DNA of 64,000 bases, taken from positions 352,001 through 416,000 of the forward strand of contig BK006945.2 of assembly GCA_000146045.2 (NCBI GenBank), in the 5' to 3' direction. This DNA is from TPA_inf: Saccharomyces. Taxonomy: Eukaryota. A program made the translations under genes and the position numbers. Positions 55,283-64,000 of the stretch are shown in pieces. Each line of letters opens with the position of its first letter. Positions within the stretch are counted from its first letter, which is position 1. Below the pieces are notes generated by a model. The model was given only the letters and a program-made list of their open reading frames with translations, did not search any database and was not told the origin of the DNA.

Positions 55283-56155
55283 TTAGTTAAAAGGGATTCT
55301 AATGGAGTGACGGTTTTCATCACAATAGATAGAGTTAACTAAGAACTCTAGTTTGTATGCAAAGTCATTATTGAGTAGTAAAAGCGCCCCCATCGTCTCG
55401 TTTAATTGTTGATAACGTTTTAATGTGGCTTTTGAAGGGTTGCTAGCGATGGCAATTGAAACATGTAAATTTTGCCTACTTACAATTAAATCCTGATAGT
55501 TTGAAATGCCTGATTTCTGAAGTGCCTCAGCTATTATCGTTTTGAAAGGAGAAATTTGTGCCTTATTGGGACATTCTGAGACAGGGAGACCGAGGTACAA
55601 GGTGTTGGCTCGTTCTGATATATATAACTTCGGATATGAGCAGATTTGAAGTTTAAAAGGGGTTATTTCATTATTTCGTAAACCATTACGCATTTCTTGA
55701 ATGAAAACATGTCTTTGTTCTTCAGTTTCAAACAACAACGATCGAGTTAAGGAAACGTGTAAAGGTTTGGGGGCTCCCAAGTGTGAGATGAACAACGGGT
55801 CAAAATCCACCAGTTGATACGGATTAGTGTATTCCTGTTTCATAAATGTTTCTTTATATTTACATATGATTTTCTGAAGTTGTCGGTGAATCGCTGGAGT
55901 CGGACGCCACTCAAAATATGTGAACGAACGCCAAAATCGACTCATATTCATATCCTGGTGCTCGTACTTTTGTAAATTCGGAGGGATGTGGTACTTCAAT
56001 ATAATTGAATCCGGTATTGCAGGTAAATCAGTGGAATCGGCTTTCTGTATGCAAGTTTTCTCCGTGTATTCGATTTGGACCTCACTTTTGTTACTACTTT
56101 CGCTCTCGGTATCACTACCGTCACTGCTAGAATAGTCTGCAGATATGAATTCCAT
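55283..56155 (-). CDS. USB1: U6 snRNA phosphodiesterase, 2H phosphoesterase family (YLR132C), 290 aa
   Basis: The track ORF starts at a GTG (56194). The first ATG, at 56155, gives [14 protein letters not shown]... and a 290-aa product. H-x-S/T-type motifs (HVSL..., HVSI...) are present. Confidence 0.85.
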
Positions 56156-56444
56156 AGGCCAGTCTTCTTCTAAGCGATTGGTAACCTCCTTCACTTTAGA
56201 ACACCACCAACAGATCGTTCTCTTGTTCTTTGTTCTTTATGGTATAATATTCACATGGTGCTCTACCGTTTTTCTTGTCGGCCCAGCCGGTTAAATCTCG
56301 AAGAGACAGAATAGAAGCTCTGTGGCTGTAAGTAAGGATAAGCCAAATGGAAAAGTTATAGAATTAGGACAACAATATACAGTTTTTTTTTGTACTCTTA
56401 TAGAATACACACACATAGATACGCACGTAAAATTAGAGCAAAAG

Positions 56445-58193
56445 ATGGTACAAGAATCACGTCCAGGGAGTGTAAGAAGTTACTCGGTCGGTTACCAAGC
56501 AAGGTCCAGATCGAGTTCTCAAAGAAGACATTCGTTAACACGCCAACGTTCCTCGCAAAGACTGATTAGAACCATCAGTATCGAGTCTGATGTGTCTAAT
56601 ATTACTGACGATGACGATTTGAGAGCTGTCAATGAGGGAGTAGCGGGTGTGCAACTGGACGTCTCTGAAACCGCAAATAAGGGACCAAGAAGAGCATCAG
56701 CAACTGATGTCACAGATAGTTTGGGTTCGACTTCGTCGGAATATATTGAGATTCCCTTTGTTAAGGAAACATTGGATGCAAGTTTACCTTCGGATTATCT
56801 GAAGCAGGACATATTAAATCTCATTCAGAGTTTGAAGATATCCAAATGGTATAACAACAAGAAAATCCAACCGGTAGCACAAGATATGAACTTAGTCAAG
56901 ATCTCTGGTGCGATGACAAACGCAATTTTCAAAGTTGAATACCCTAAGTTACCATCGTTGCTATTGAGAATATACGGACCGAATATTGATAATATCATTG
57001 ACAGGGAATATGAATTGCAGATTTTGGCTAGGCTTTCATTGAAAAATATAGGTCCTTCCCTTTACGGCTGTTTTGTAAACGGTAGATTTGAGCAGTTTCT
57101 GGAGAATTCTAAGACTTTAACAAAAGACGACATTAGAAACTGGAAGAACTCTCAAAGGATTGCAAGGAGAATGAAGGAGTTACATGTAGGTGTTCCTCTC
57201 TTGAGTTCAGAAAGGAAGAACGGGTCGGCTTGTTGGCAAAAGATTAACCAGTGGTTGCGCACGATTGAGAAAGTCGACCAATGGGTGGGGGATCCTAAAA
57301 ACATTGAAAACTCTTTATTATGTGAGAATTGGTCCAAGTTTATGGATATTGTCGATAGATATCACAAGTGGCTTATTTCTCAAGAACAGGGTATAGAGCA
57401 AGTCAACAAAAATCTTATATTCTGCCATAATGATGCCCAATACGGCAATTTACTTTTCACTGCTCCTGTGATGAACACACCGAGCCTATACACTGCACCT
57501 TCGTCTACATCATTGACTTCCCAATCAAGTTCCTTATTTCCTTCGAGCTCCAATGTCATTGTAGATGATATAATCAACCCGCCAAAGCAGGAGCAAAGCC
57601 AAGATTCCAAATTGGTCGTCATTGATTTTGAATATGCAGGTGCCAATCCCGCCGCATATGATTTAGCGAATCATCTTTCCGAGTGGATGTATGATTACAA
57701 CAATGCTAAGGCCCCACATCAGTGCCACGCTGATAGATATCCCGATAAAGAACAGGTTTTGAATTTCTTATACTCTTATGTTTCGCATCTAAGGGGTGGT
57801 GCTAAGGAACCCATAGATGAAGAGGTTCAAAGACTCTATAAGTCAATCATTCAATGGAGACCCACTGTACAACTATTTTGGTCGCTCTGGGCCATCCTAC
57901 AAAGTGGTAAATTAGAGAAAAAAGAAGCCTCCACTGCCATCACTAGAGAAGAAATTGGACCCAATGGAAAAAAATATATCATCAAGACTGAACCCGAATC
58001 CCCTGAAGAAGACTTTGTTGAAAATGACGACGAGCCTGAAGCTGGCGTCAGCATTGACACGTTCGATTATATGGCTTATGGTCGTGACAAGATTGCGGTC
58101 TTTTGGGGCGACCTCATTGGCTTAGGCATAATCACCGAAGAAGAATGCAAAAATTTCAGCTCTTTCAAGTTCCTCGATACTAGTTATTTGTAA
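56445..58193 (+). CDS. CKI1: Choline kinase (YLR133W), 582 aa
   Basis: The true ATG is at 56445 (MVQESRPGSVRSYSVGYQARSRSSSQRRHSL...). The track ORF is extended 41 codons upstream from a non-ATG start. Brenner's motif HNDAQYGNLL and a choline-kinase motif are present. Confidence 0.9.
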   Translation: MVQESRPGSVRSYSVGYQARSRSSSQRRHSLTRQRSSQRLIRTISIESDVSNITDDDDLRAVNEGVAGVQLDVSETANKGPRRASATDVTDSLGSTSSEYIEIPFVKETLDASLPSDYLKQDILNLIQSLKISKWYNNKKIQPVAQDMNLVKISGAMTNAIFKVEYPKLPSLLLRIYGPNIDNIIDREYELQILARLSLKNIGPSLYGCFVNGRFEQFLENSKTLTKDDIRNWKNSQRIARRMKELHVGVPLLSSERKNGSACWQKINQWLRTIEKVDQWVGDPKNIENSLLCENWSKFMDIVDRYHKWLISQEQGIEQVNKNLIFCHNDAQYGNLLFTAPVMNTPSLYTAPSSTSLTSQSSSLFPSSSNVIVDDIINPPKQEQSQDSKLVVIDFEYAGANPAAYDLANHLSEWMYDYNNAKAPHQCHADRYPDKEQVLNFLYSYVSHLRGGAKEPIDEEVQRLYKSIIQWRPTVQLFWSLWAILQSGKLEKKEASTAITREEIGPNGKKYIIKTEPESPEEDFVENDDEPEAGVSIDTFDYMAYGRDKIAVFWGDLIGLGIITEEECKNFSSFKFLDTSYL

Positions 58194-58722
58194 TACGTAT
58201 ACGAATTCCTTCAACAAAGGCCAAGGAAATAAAGCAAATAACAATAACACCATTATTTTAATTTTTTTTCTATTACTGTCGCTAACACCTGTATGGTTGC
58301 AACCAGGTGAGAATCCTTCTGATGCATACTTTATGCGTTTATGCGTTTTGCGCCCCTTGGAAAAAAATTGATTCTCATCGTAAATGCATACTACATGCGT
58401 TTATGGGAAAAGCCTCCATATCCAAAGGTCGCGTTTCTTTTAGAAAAACTAATACGTAAACCTGCATTAAGGTAAGATTATATCAGAAAATGTGTTGCAA
58501 GAAATGCATTATGCAATTTTTTGATTATGACAATCTCTCGAAAGAAATTTCATATGATGAGACTTGAATAATGCAGCGGCGCTTGCTAAAAGAACTTGTA
58601 TATAAGAGCTGCCATTCTCGATCAATATACTGTAGTAAGTCCTTTCCTCTCTTTCTTATTACACTTATTTCACATAATCAATCTCAAAGAGAACAACACA
58701 ATACAATAACAAGAAGAACAAA

Positions 58723-60414
58723 ATGTCTGAAATAACCTTAGGTAAATATTTATTTGAAAGATTGAGCCAAGTCAACTGTAACACCGTCTTCGGTTTGCCA
58801 GGTGACTTTAACTTGTCTCTTTTGGATAAGCTTTATGAAGTCAAAGGTATGAGATGGGCTGGTAACGCTAACGAATTGAACGCTGCCTATGCTGCTGATG
58901 GTTACGCTCGTATCAAGGGTATGTCCTGTATTATTACCACCTTCGGTGTTGGTGAATTGTCTGCTTTGAATGGTATTGCCGGTTCTTACGCTGAACATGT
59001 CGGTGTTTTGCACGTTGTTGGTGTTCCATCCATCTCTTCTCAAGCTAAGCAATTGTTGTTGCATCATACCTTGGGTAACGGTGACTTCACTGTTTTCCAC
59101 AGAATGTCTGCCAACATTTCTGAAACCACTGCCATGATCACTGATATTGCTAACGCTCCAGCTGAAATTGACAGATGTATCAGAACCACCTACACTACCC
59201 AAAGACCAGTCTACTTGGGTTTGCCAGCTAACTTGGTTGACTTGAACGTCCCAGCCAAGTTATTGGAAACTCCAATTGACTTGTCTTTGAAGCCAAACGA
59301 CGCTGAAGCTGAAGCTGAAGTTGTTAGAACTGTTGTTGAATTGATCAAGGATGCTAAGAACCCAGTTATCTTGGCTGATGCTTGTGCTTCTAGACATGAT
59401 GTCAAGGCTGAAACTAAGAAGTTGATGGACTTGACTCAATTCCCAGTTTACGTCACCCCAATGGGTAAGGGTGCTATTGACGAACAACACCCAAGATACG
59501 GTGGTGTTTACGTTGGTACCTTGTCTAGACCAGAAGTTAAGAAGGCTGTAGAATCTGCTGATTTGATATTGTCTATCGGTGCTTTGTTGTCTGATTTCAA
59601 TACCGGTTCTTTCTCTTACTCCTACAAGACCAAAAATATCGTTGAATTCCACTCTGACCACATCAAGATCAGAAACGCCACCTTCCCAGGTGTTCAAATG
59701 AAATTTGCCTTGCAAAAATTGTTGGATGCTATTCCAGAAGTCGTCAAGGACTACAAACCTGTTGCTGTCCCAGCTAGAGTTCCAATTACCAAGTCTACTC
59801 CAGCTAACACTCCAATGAAGCAAGAATGGATGTGGAACCATTTGGGTAACTTCTTGAGAGAAGGTGATATTGTTATTGCTGAAACCGGTACTTCCGCCTT
59901 CGGTATTAACCAAACTACTTTCCCAACAGATGTATACGCTATCGTCCAAGTCTTGTGGGGTTCCATTGGTTTCACAGTCGGCGCTCTATTGGGTGCTACT
60001 ATGGCCGCTGAAGAACTTGATCCAAAGAAGAGAGTTATTTTATTCATTGGTGACGGTTCTCTACAATTGACTGTTCAAGAAATCTCTACCATGATTAGAT
60101 GGGGTTTGAAGCCATACATTTTTGTCTTGAATAACAACGGTTACACCATTGAAAAATTGATTCACGGTCCTCATGCCGAATATAATGAAATTCAAGGTTG
60201 GGACCACTTGGCCTTATTGCCAACTTTTGGTGCTAGAAACTACGAAACCCACAGAGTTGCTACCACTGGTGAATGGGAAAAGTTGACTCAAGACAAGGAC
60301 TTCCAAGACAACTCTAAGATTAGAATGATTGAAGTTATGTTGCCAGTCTTTGATGCTCCACAAAACTTGGTTAAACAAGCTCAATTGACTGCCGCTACTA
60401 ACGCTAAACAATAA
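58723..60414 (+). CDS. PDC5: Pyruvate decarboxylase isozyme 2, TPP-dependent (YLR134W), 563 aa
   Basis: It begins MSEITLGKYLFERLSQVNCNTVFGLPGDFNLSLLDK... and carries the TPP-binding motif GDGSLQLTVQE...NN. Residue differences from Pdc1 (e.g. SQVNCN, ANAPAEI) and the chrXII context indicate PDC5. The antisense ORFs are codon-bias shadows. Confidence 0.93.
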   Translation: MSEITLGKYLFERLSQVNCNTVFGLPGDFNLSLLDKLYEVKGMRWAGNANELNAAYAADGYARIKGMSCIITTFGVGELSALNGIAGSYAEHVGVLHVVGVPSISSQAKQLLLHHTLGNGDFTVFHRMSANISETTAMITDIANAPAEIDRCIRTTYTTQRPVYLGLPANLVDLNVPAKLLETPIDLSLKPNDAEAEAEVVRTVVELIKDAKNPVILADACASRHDVKAETKKLMDLTQFPVYVTPMGKGAIDEQHPRYGGVYVGTLSRPEVKKAVESADLILSIGALLSDFNTGSFSYSYKTKNIVEFHSDHIKIRNATFPGVQMKFALQKLLDAIPEVVKDYKPVAVPARVPITKSTPANTPMKQEWMWNHLGNFLREGDIVIAETGTSAFGINQTTFPTDVYAIVQVLWGSIGFTVGALLGATMAAEELDPKKRVILFIGDGSLQLTVQEISTMIRWGLKPYIFVLNNNGYTIEKLIHGPHAEYNEIQGWDHLALLPTFGARNYETHRVATTGEWEKLTQDKDFQDNSKIRMIEVMLPVFDAPQNLVKQAQLTAATNAKQ

Positions 60415-61280
60415 GCTAATTAACATAAAACTCATGATTCAACGTTTGTGTATTTTTTTACTTTTGAAGGTTATAGATGTTTAGGTAAATAATTGGCATA
60501 GATATAGTTTTAGTATAATAAATTTCTGATTTGGTTTAAAATATCAACTATTTTTTTTCACATATGTTCTTGTAATTACTTTTCTGTCCTGTCTTCCAGG
60601 TTAAAGATTAGCTTCTAATATTTTAGGTGGTTTATTATTTAATTTTATGCTGATTAATTTATTTACTTTCGTATTCGGTTTTGTACCTTTAGCTATGATC
60701 TTAGCTAATTGAAGAGGGTGGTGTGATCTTTAACCATACCTTATTATCTTTCAGCTGCTTACCATTTTCTTATATTGATTTTTAGCGAAAGATTTTTATT
60801 CACAAGCTTTTTTTATCCTTAATGCTCGAATACTACAACAAAACAAAAAACATTAAACAGTTTTTAATTTTGTGAACAAACTGAATTACAAGGCCTTACA
60901 TCTTATTTAGAATATATTAAGAAACAGAGGCCAACATGCCTTCTTAATTATATTGATATGGACCTCTGTCCTTCCTAAAAACGGGTTTTTGTTCGATGAA
61001 AAATCACCAGTAGAGCACCATATATGAATTTACAATCATTGTAGGGAAAAGAAAACTTGTTCTGCTTCGCCAATTGATTTCATTTCTTTTTTTCCTTTGT
61101 TTTTGTTGTATACTATTAATATGCGTAGTTCTTTGTCACTTAGTGGTTTTTTGTTTAATTTATAACGCGAAAGCTGCATACTAAAAATATAGAGATGAAT
61201 GGAACTCCGAACAAGCAAGAGAGATATTATCTATCTCTGTTCCATAATAATAACCAGTAGTTCAGTTGGGGAACTTAATA

Positions 61281-63527
61281 ATGGAACTTCAGAGGGCACA
61301 ACGGAATTTGAAGTTTTTACAAAACGAGGATTATGTGAACGTTACCGATCAAACTAACCTGAATGGAGAGAGCCAGAATGCTTACTCTTTAGGAATGGAA
61401 ACTCAAGTACCGGAAATGCAGTTTTCCTTATCATCTGATGATGATTCAATAGGTACGCAAGTAAAAAGCGTAACTGCACAAAAATCGCCTATGACGCAAG
61501 AGACTACGAAAAACGATACAGAAAGAAATAAAGATGTTGATAAAAGTTGTAACCCAGTCAGCACTTCCCATCCCGATTTAGGCGGATCAAATATCGAGGA
61601 GAACATATTCATTAACACTCAAATTCAAAGCCGACTTGATGACGCAGAGGAAGAAACAAATCTTAAGTTAAAACTTGAAAAATTCAAGTATTCGTTCAAG
61701 AGTAGTAACGCAGATGATACCCACAGCAATGCAAATGTAACAGCTAAAAGAAGACCAGCAATAAGGAAGGCTAATTCGAAACTCAAAACAAAACCTAAAA
61801 CTAAACGAGACCCTAAAATTATCAAAAATATAACTGATTTCAATATTAATAACTACGAACGTTCAAGGACTGCCAGCTTATTAAAGCAATTATCAGGTAA
61901 GCACAAGAAGGTTTTGGACATAATAAAGACGCAAAATGAAGGAAACAGTGATAAACCTCCCAGAGCAAGGAATAACAAGGGTGAAAAAGCTACTTTTGAT
62001 ACATATAGTGAACAGGAGTGGAAAGATATTATGAAACTTCTTCTACAAAAGTTTCCGCAAAGTGAGGAAACGGATTTGAATGAAGTCCAGAAATTTTTAT
62101 ATGGAAGCGAAAAAAGCTCGAATTCTCTAGACAATCAAGAATCCTCACAACAAAGACTTTGGACAGCATCACAATTACCACCCGAGCTTCCCGATGAGGC
62201 TATTCAACCAGAGCAGGAAGAAAGGATACGCGATACCCAAAGTGCAGTAAATTTCTTATCGTTGTCTCAAGTAATGGATGACAAAAGTGAAATTATGAAA
62301 GACGAAGAAAGCATAATTATTTCACGGGGAGATTCTACAAGCTCTCAAGAATATGGAAACGGGTTAGAGCCACAACAACCGGTAGGAAATGTTGTTGGTG
62401 AAGATATTGAACTGGCTGTGGGAACACGTATAAATGCATTTTCACTGACAGATTATAAAGCTTGCAAACCTATGTCTGTTGAGGTAAGTAGAAGATGCGA
62501 AAACAGTACGGATAATGATTATGACAATATTTCTATTGTCTCAGATACTACAGATGAGACATCCACATTGTTTCCACTAGACCAGTATCGGTATGTTTTC
62601 ATTGAAAATGATGAAAGACCACCATTAGCCACCGACACGATAGGCAGCACACAGTTTTTCACTCCAAACACATCGCCTTTGGATGGGATAATCGATTTAA
62701 CACAGGAATCATTCAAAGCTGTTCGATCGTTAATATCACCTTTGAAAGTAGAAAACAACAAAACAGGGGTAACATCACAAGCATCAAATCAGGTTCAGGT
62801 ACCAGCTACAAGAACCCCTACAATTATTCCTCAAAAGAACCTTACTACAACTTTAAAAACTGAAGAAGAAAAGAATAACATAGGAAGTTCCATCAGAGTT
62901 AAATTATTGCAAGAAAGCGTAGTTAAGCTAAACCCCAAACTGGTGAAACATAACTTTTATAGAGTTGAGGCAAATGATTCTGAAGAAGAGGAGACAGAAT
63001 TTGATGACCAATTCTGCATTGCTGATATCCAATTGGTAGATTCCTCCAAAATTTCGACTAAAGATTCTACACAAAATCCTACTACTAGCAACGACATTAT
63101 TGATACCTCTGCAGCTAGTTCCATAGCTTCTCCCGAGAAATTTTGTGAGATCATGATGTCCCAATCAATGAAAGAGCTTCGACAAAGCTTGAAAACAGTG
63201 GGGTTGAAACCTATGAGGACGAAGGTTGAAATCATTCAATCCTTACAAACTGCATCTCAAATTCTGTCCACAGCTAATCCAGATAATAAAGGTGAGCATG
63301 GTGGGGTGGCAAATTTCAGTAAGATAGAAATATTTGATCATTTAACCGAACTAATTGAAGCCTTCCCTGATTTTTTGGAGCGAATATATACCTTTGAACC
63401 CATTCCGCTAAATGAGCTAATTGAAAAGCTGTTCAGCGCCGAGCCATTTGTTTCGCAAATCGACGAAATGACCATCAGAGAATGGGCCGATGTTCAAGGA
63501 ATATGTCTGAGAAACGATAAAAAGTAG
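61281..63527 (+). CDS. SLX4: Structure-specific endonuclease scaffold subunit (YLR135W), 748 aa
   Basis: The true ATG is at 61281 (MELQRAQRNLKFLQNEDYV...). The track ORF starts 5 codons upstream at a non-ATG. The C-terminal SAP-like/CCD region is present. Length matches Slx4. Confidence 0.85.
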   Translation: MELQRAQRNLKFLQNEDYVNVTDQTNLNGESQNAYSLGMETQVPEMQFSLSSDDDSIGTQVKSVTAQKSPMTQETTKNDTERNKDVDKSCNPVSTSHPDLGGSNIEENIFINTQIQSRLDDAEEETNLKLKLEKFKYSFKSSNADDTHSNANVTAKRRPAIRKANSKLKTKPKTKRDPKIIKNITDFNINNYERSRTASLLKQLSGKHKKVLDIIKTQNEGNSDKPPRARNNKGEKATFDTYSEQEWKDIMKLLLQKFPQSEETDLNEVQKFLYGSEKSSNSLDNQESSQQRLWTASQLPPELPDEAIQPEQEERIRDTQSAVNFLSLSQVMDDKSEIMKDEESIIISRGDSTSSQEYGNGLEPQQPVGNVVGEDIELAVGTRINAFSLTDYKACKPMSVEVSRRCENSTDNDYDNISIVSDTTDETSTLFPLDQYRYVFIENDERPPLATDTIGSTQFFTPNTSPLDGIIDLTQESFKAVRSLISPLKVENNKTGVTSQASNQVQVPATRTPTIIPQKNLTTTLKTEEEKNNIGSSIRVKLLQESVVKLNPKLVKHNFYRVEANDSEEEETEFDDQFCIADIQLVDSSKISTKDSTQNPTTSNDIIDTSAASSIASPEKFCEIMMSQSMKELRQSLKTVGLKPMRTKVEIIQSLQTASQILSTANPDNKGEHGGVANFSKIEIFDHLTELIEAFPDFLERIYTFEPIPLNELIEKLFSAEPFVSQIDEMTIREWADVQGICLRNDKK

Positions 63528-63800
63528 TGCCGAATGATTGAGAATTTGACAAAACAAAAACAAAACAAAACAAACGTTACGTATAGATGAAGAATACACG
63601 TACACAAATATGCATATATACCGTCATGAAGTAGCTTAACTTAAATAAAAGTTTTTTTTTTTTAGAGTTACCAATATCGCAAACATGAAAATGAGAATAA
63701 AAAAAAAAAAGCAGAAAAAAAAAAAGCATAACATGGAGAAAAAAATAATAAATAATTGAGTTTAGTTGAGACGCCGGTCTTCGCCAGGCCAGGAATTGTT

Positions 63801-64000
63801 TCACCAGGTCATTCTCTGCAAAGCCTTTACTTTAACATTTAGATTCTTCTTCTTGGCGGAGCCGCGACCATTGCTTCTCTTTTCGTCTGATTGTTTGCTA
63901 GTCGAAGAGACGTTACAGTAAGTACCAGCTTTCACGTAAACAGCAATGTCGTTGTCGTCGCCATGTTTGAAGCAGCATCTTCTGCCATAAGGACAATAAC
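63801..64000 (-). CDS. TIS11: C-terminal end of a CCCH tandem zinc-finger mRNA-decay protein (YLR136C, Tis11/Cth2); truncated by the window edge
   Basis: The reverse complement reads ...CPYGRRCCFKHGDDNDIAVYVKAGTYCNVSSTSKQSDEKRSNGRGSAKKKNLNVKVKALQRMTW*, with a stop at 63801-63803 (TCA on plus). The C-x5-C-x3-H finger signature is present. Confidence 0.75.
   Translation of the reverse strand, partial: YCPYGRRCCFKHGDDNDIAVYVKAGTYCNVSSTSKQSDEKRSNGRGSAKKKNLNVKVKALQRMTW

Noticed and set aside
56322-56444. N-terminal extensions in the ORF track for CKI1 (41 codons), USB1 (13), SLX4 (5), MSL5 (2), YLR112W (3) and YLR122C (5)
   Set aside because: The track accepts TTG/GTG starts. Yeast uses ATG, and the first in-frame ATG reproduces the known protein lengths.
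58750-60435. Several minus-strand ORFs (150, 229, 98 and 73 aa) inside PDC5
   Set aside because: They are codon-bias shadows typical of highly expressed yeast genes. The plus-strand frame encodes a full TPP-dependent decarboxylase.
60415-61280. AT-rich PDC5-SLX4 intergenic region as a possible ARS
   Set aside because: It holds several 8-9 of 11 matches to the ACS (WTTTAYRTTTW) but no perfect 11/11 match that I could verify. Chance matches are expected in DNA this AT-rich.
1-64000. The prompt's suggestion of a previously undescribed biological system (defence island, operon, CRISPR)
   Set aside because: The window is collinear with a fully characterised segment of S. cerevisiae chromosome XII. 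Every long ORF corresponds to a known yeast gene in the expected order and orientation, and there is no foreign or prokaryotic-style content.

Overview
This window is Saccharomyces cerevisiae nuclear DNA. It is collinear with chromosome XII from YLR106C (MDN1, 5' part only) through YLR136C (TIS11/CTH2, 3' end only), roughly chrXII 352-416 kb. Every gene name below rests on my recall of the yeast proteins matched against the six-frame translations; no database search was run. Gene density, spacing and orientation are typical for yeast. I see no inserted foreign DNA, no prokaryote-style operon, no CRISPR array and no evidence for a previously undescribed system. The ORF track accepts TTG/GTG starts, so I re-derived each start codon as an ATG; MSL5, USB1, CKI1, SLX4, YLR112W and YLR122C are trimmed accordingly.

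Protein-coding genes, in order: MDN1 (partial), REX3, YLR108C, AHP1, CCW12, HOG1, AVL9, CFT2, MSL5, CLF1, YLR118C, SRN2, the tandem yapsins YPS1 and YPS3, YLR125W, YLR126C, APC2, DCN1, DIP2, ZRT2, ACE2, USB1, CKI1, PDC5, SLX4 and the C-terminal end of TIS11/CTH2. Five dubious small ORFs (YLR111W, YLR112W, YLR122C, YLR123C, YLR124W) are listed at low confidence.

Features invisible to an ORF track are:
- The U6 snRNA gene SNR6 (14235-14346), with TATA at -30, a T10 terminator and a downstream extragenic B box.
- tRNA-Arg(ACG) at 22355-22427.
- A 340-bp Ty3 sigma solo LTR 16 bp upstream of that tRNA, flanked by a 5-bp AAAAC target-site duplication.
- The DCN1 intron, with a one-codon first exon (ATG|GTATGT); an ORF finder therefore loses the N-terminal UBA domain.
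- An inverted pair of Zap1 ZRE 11-mers in the ZRT2 promoter.
- A Yap1 site and STRE upstream of AHP1.
- In-frame microsatellite and minisatellite repeats in HOG1 and AVL9.
- A direct-repeat element in the PDC5 promoter.
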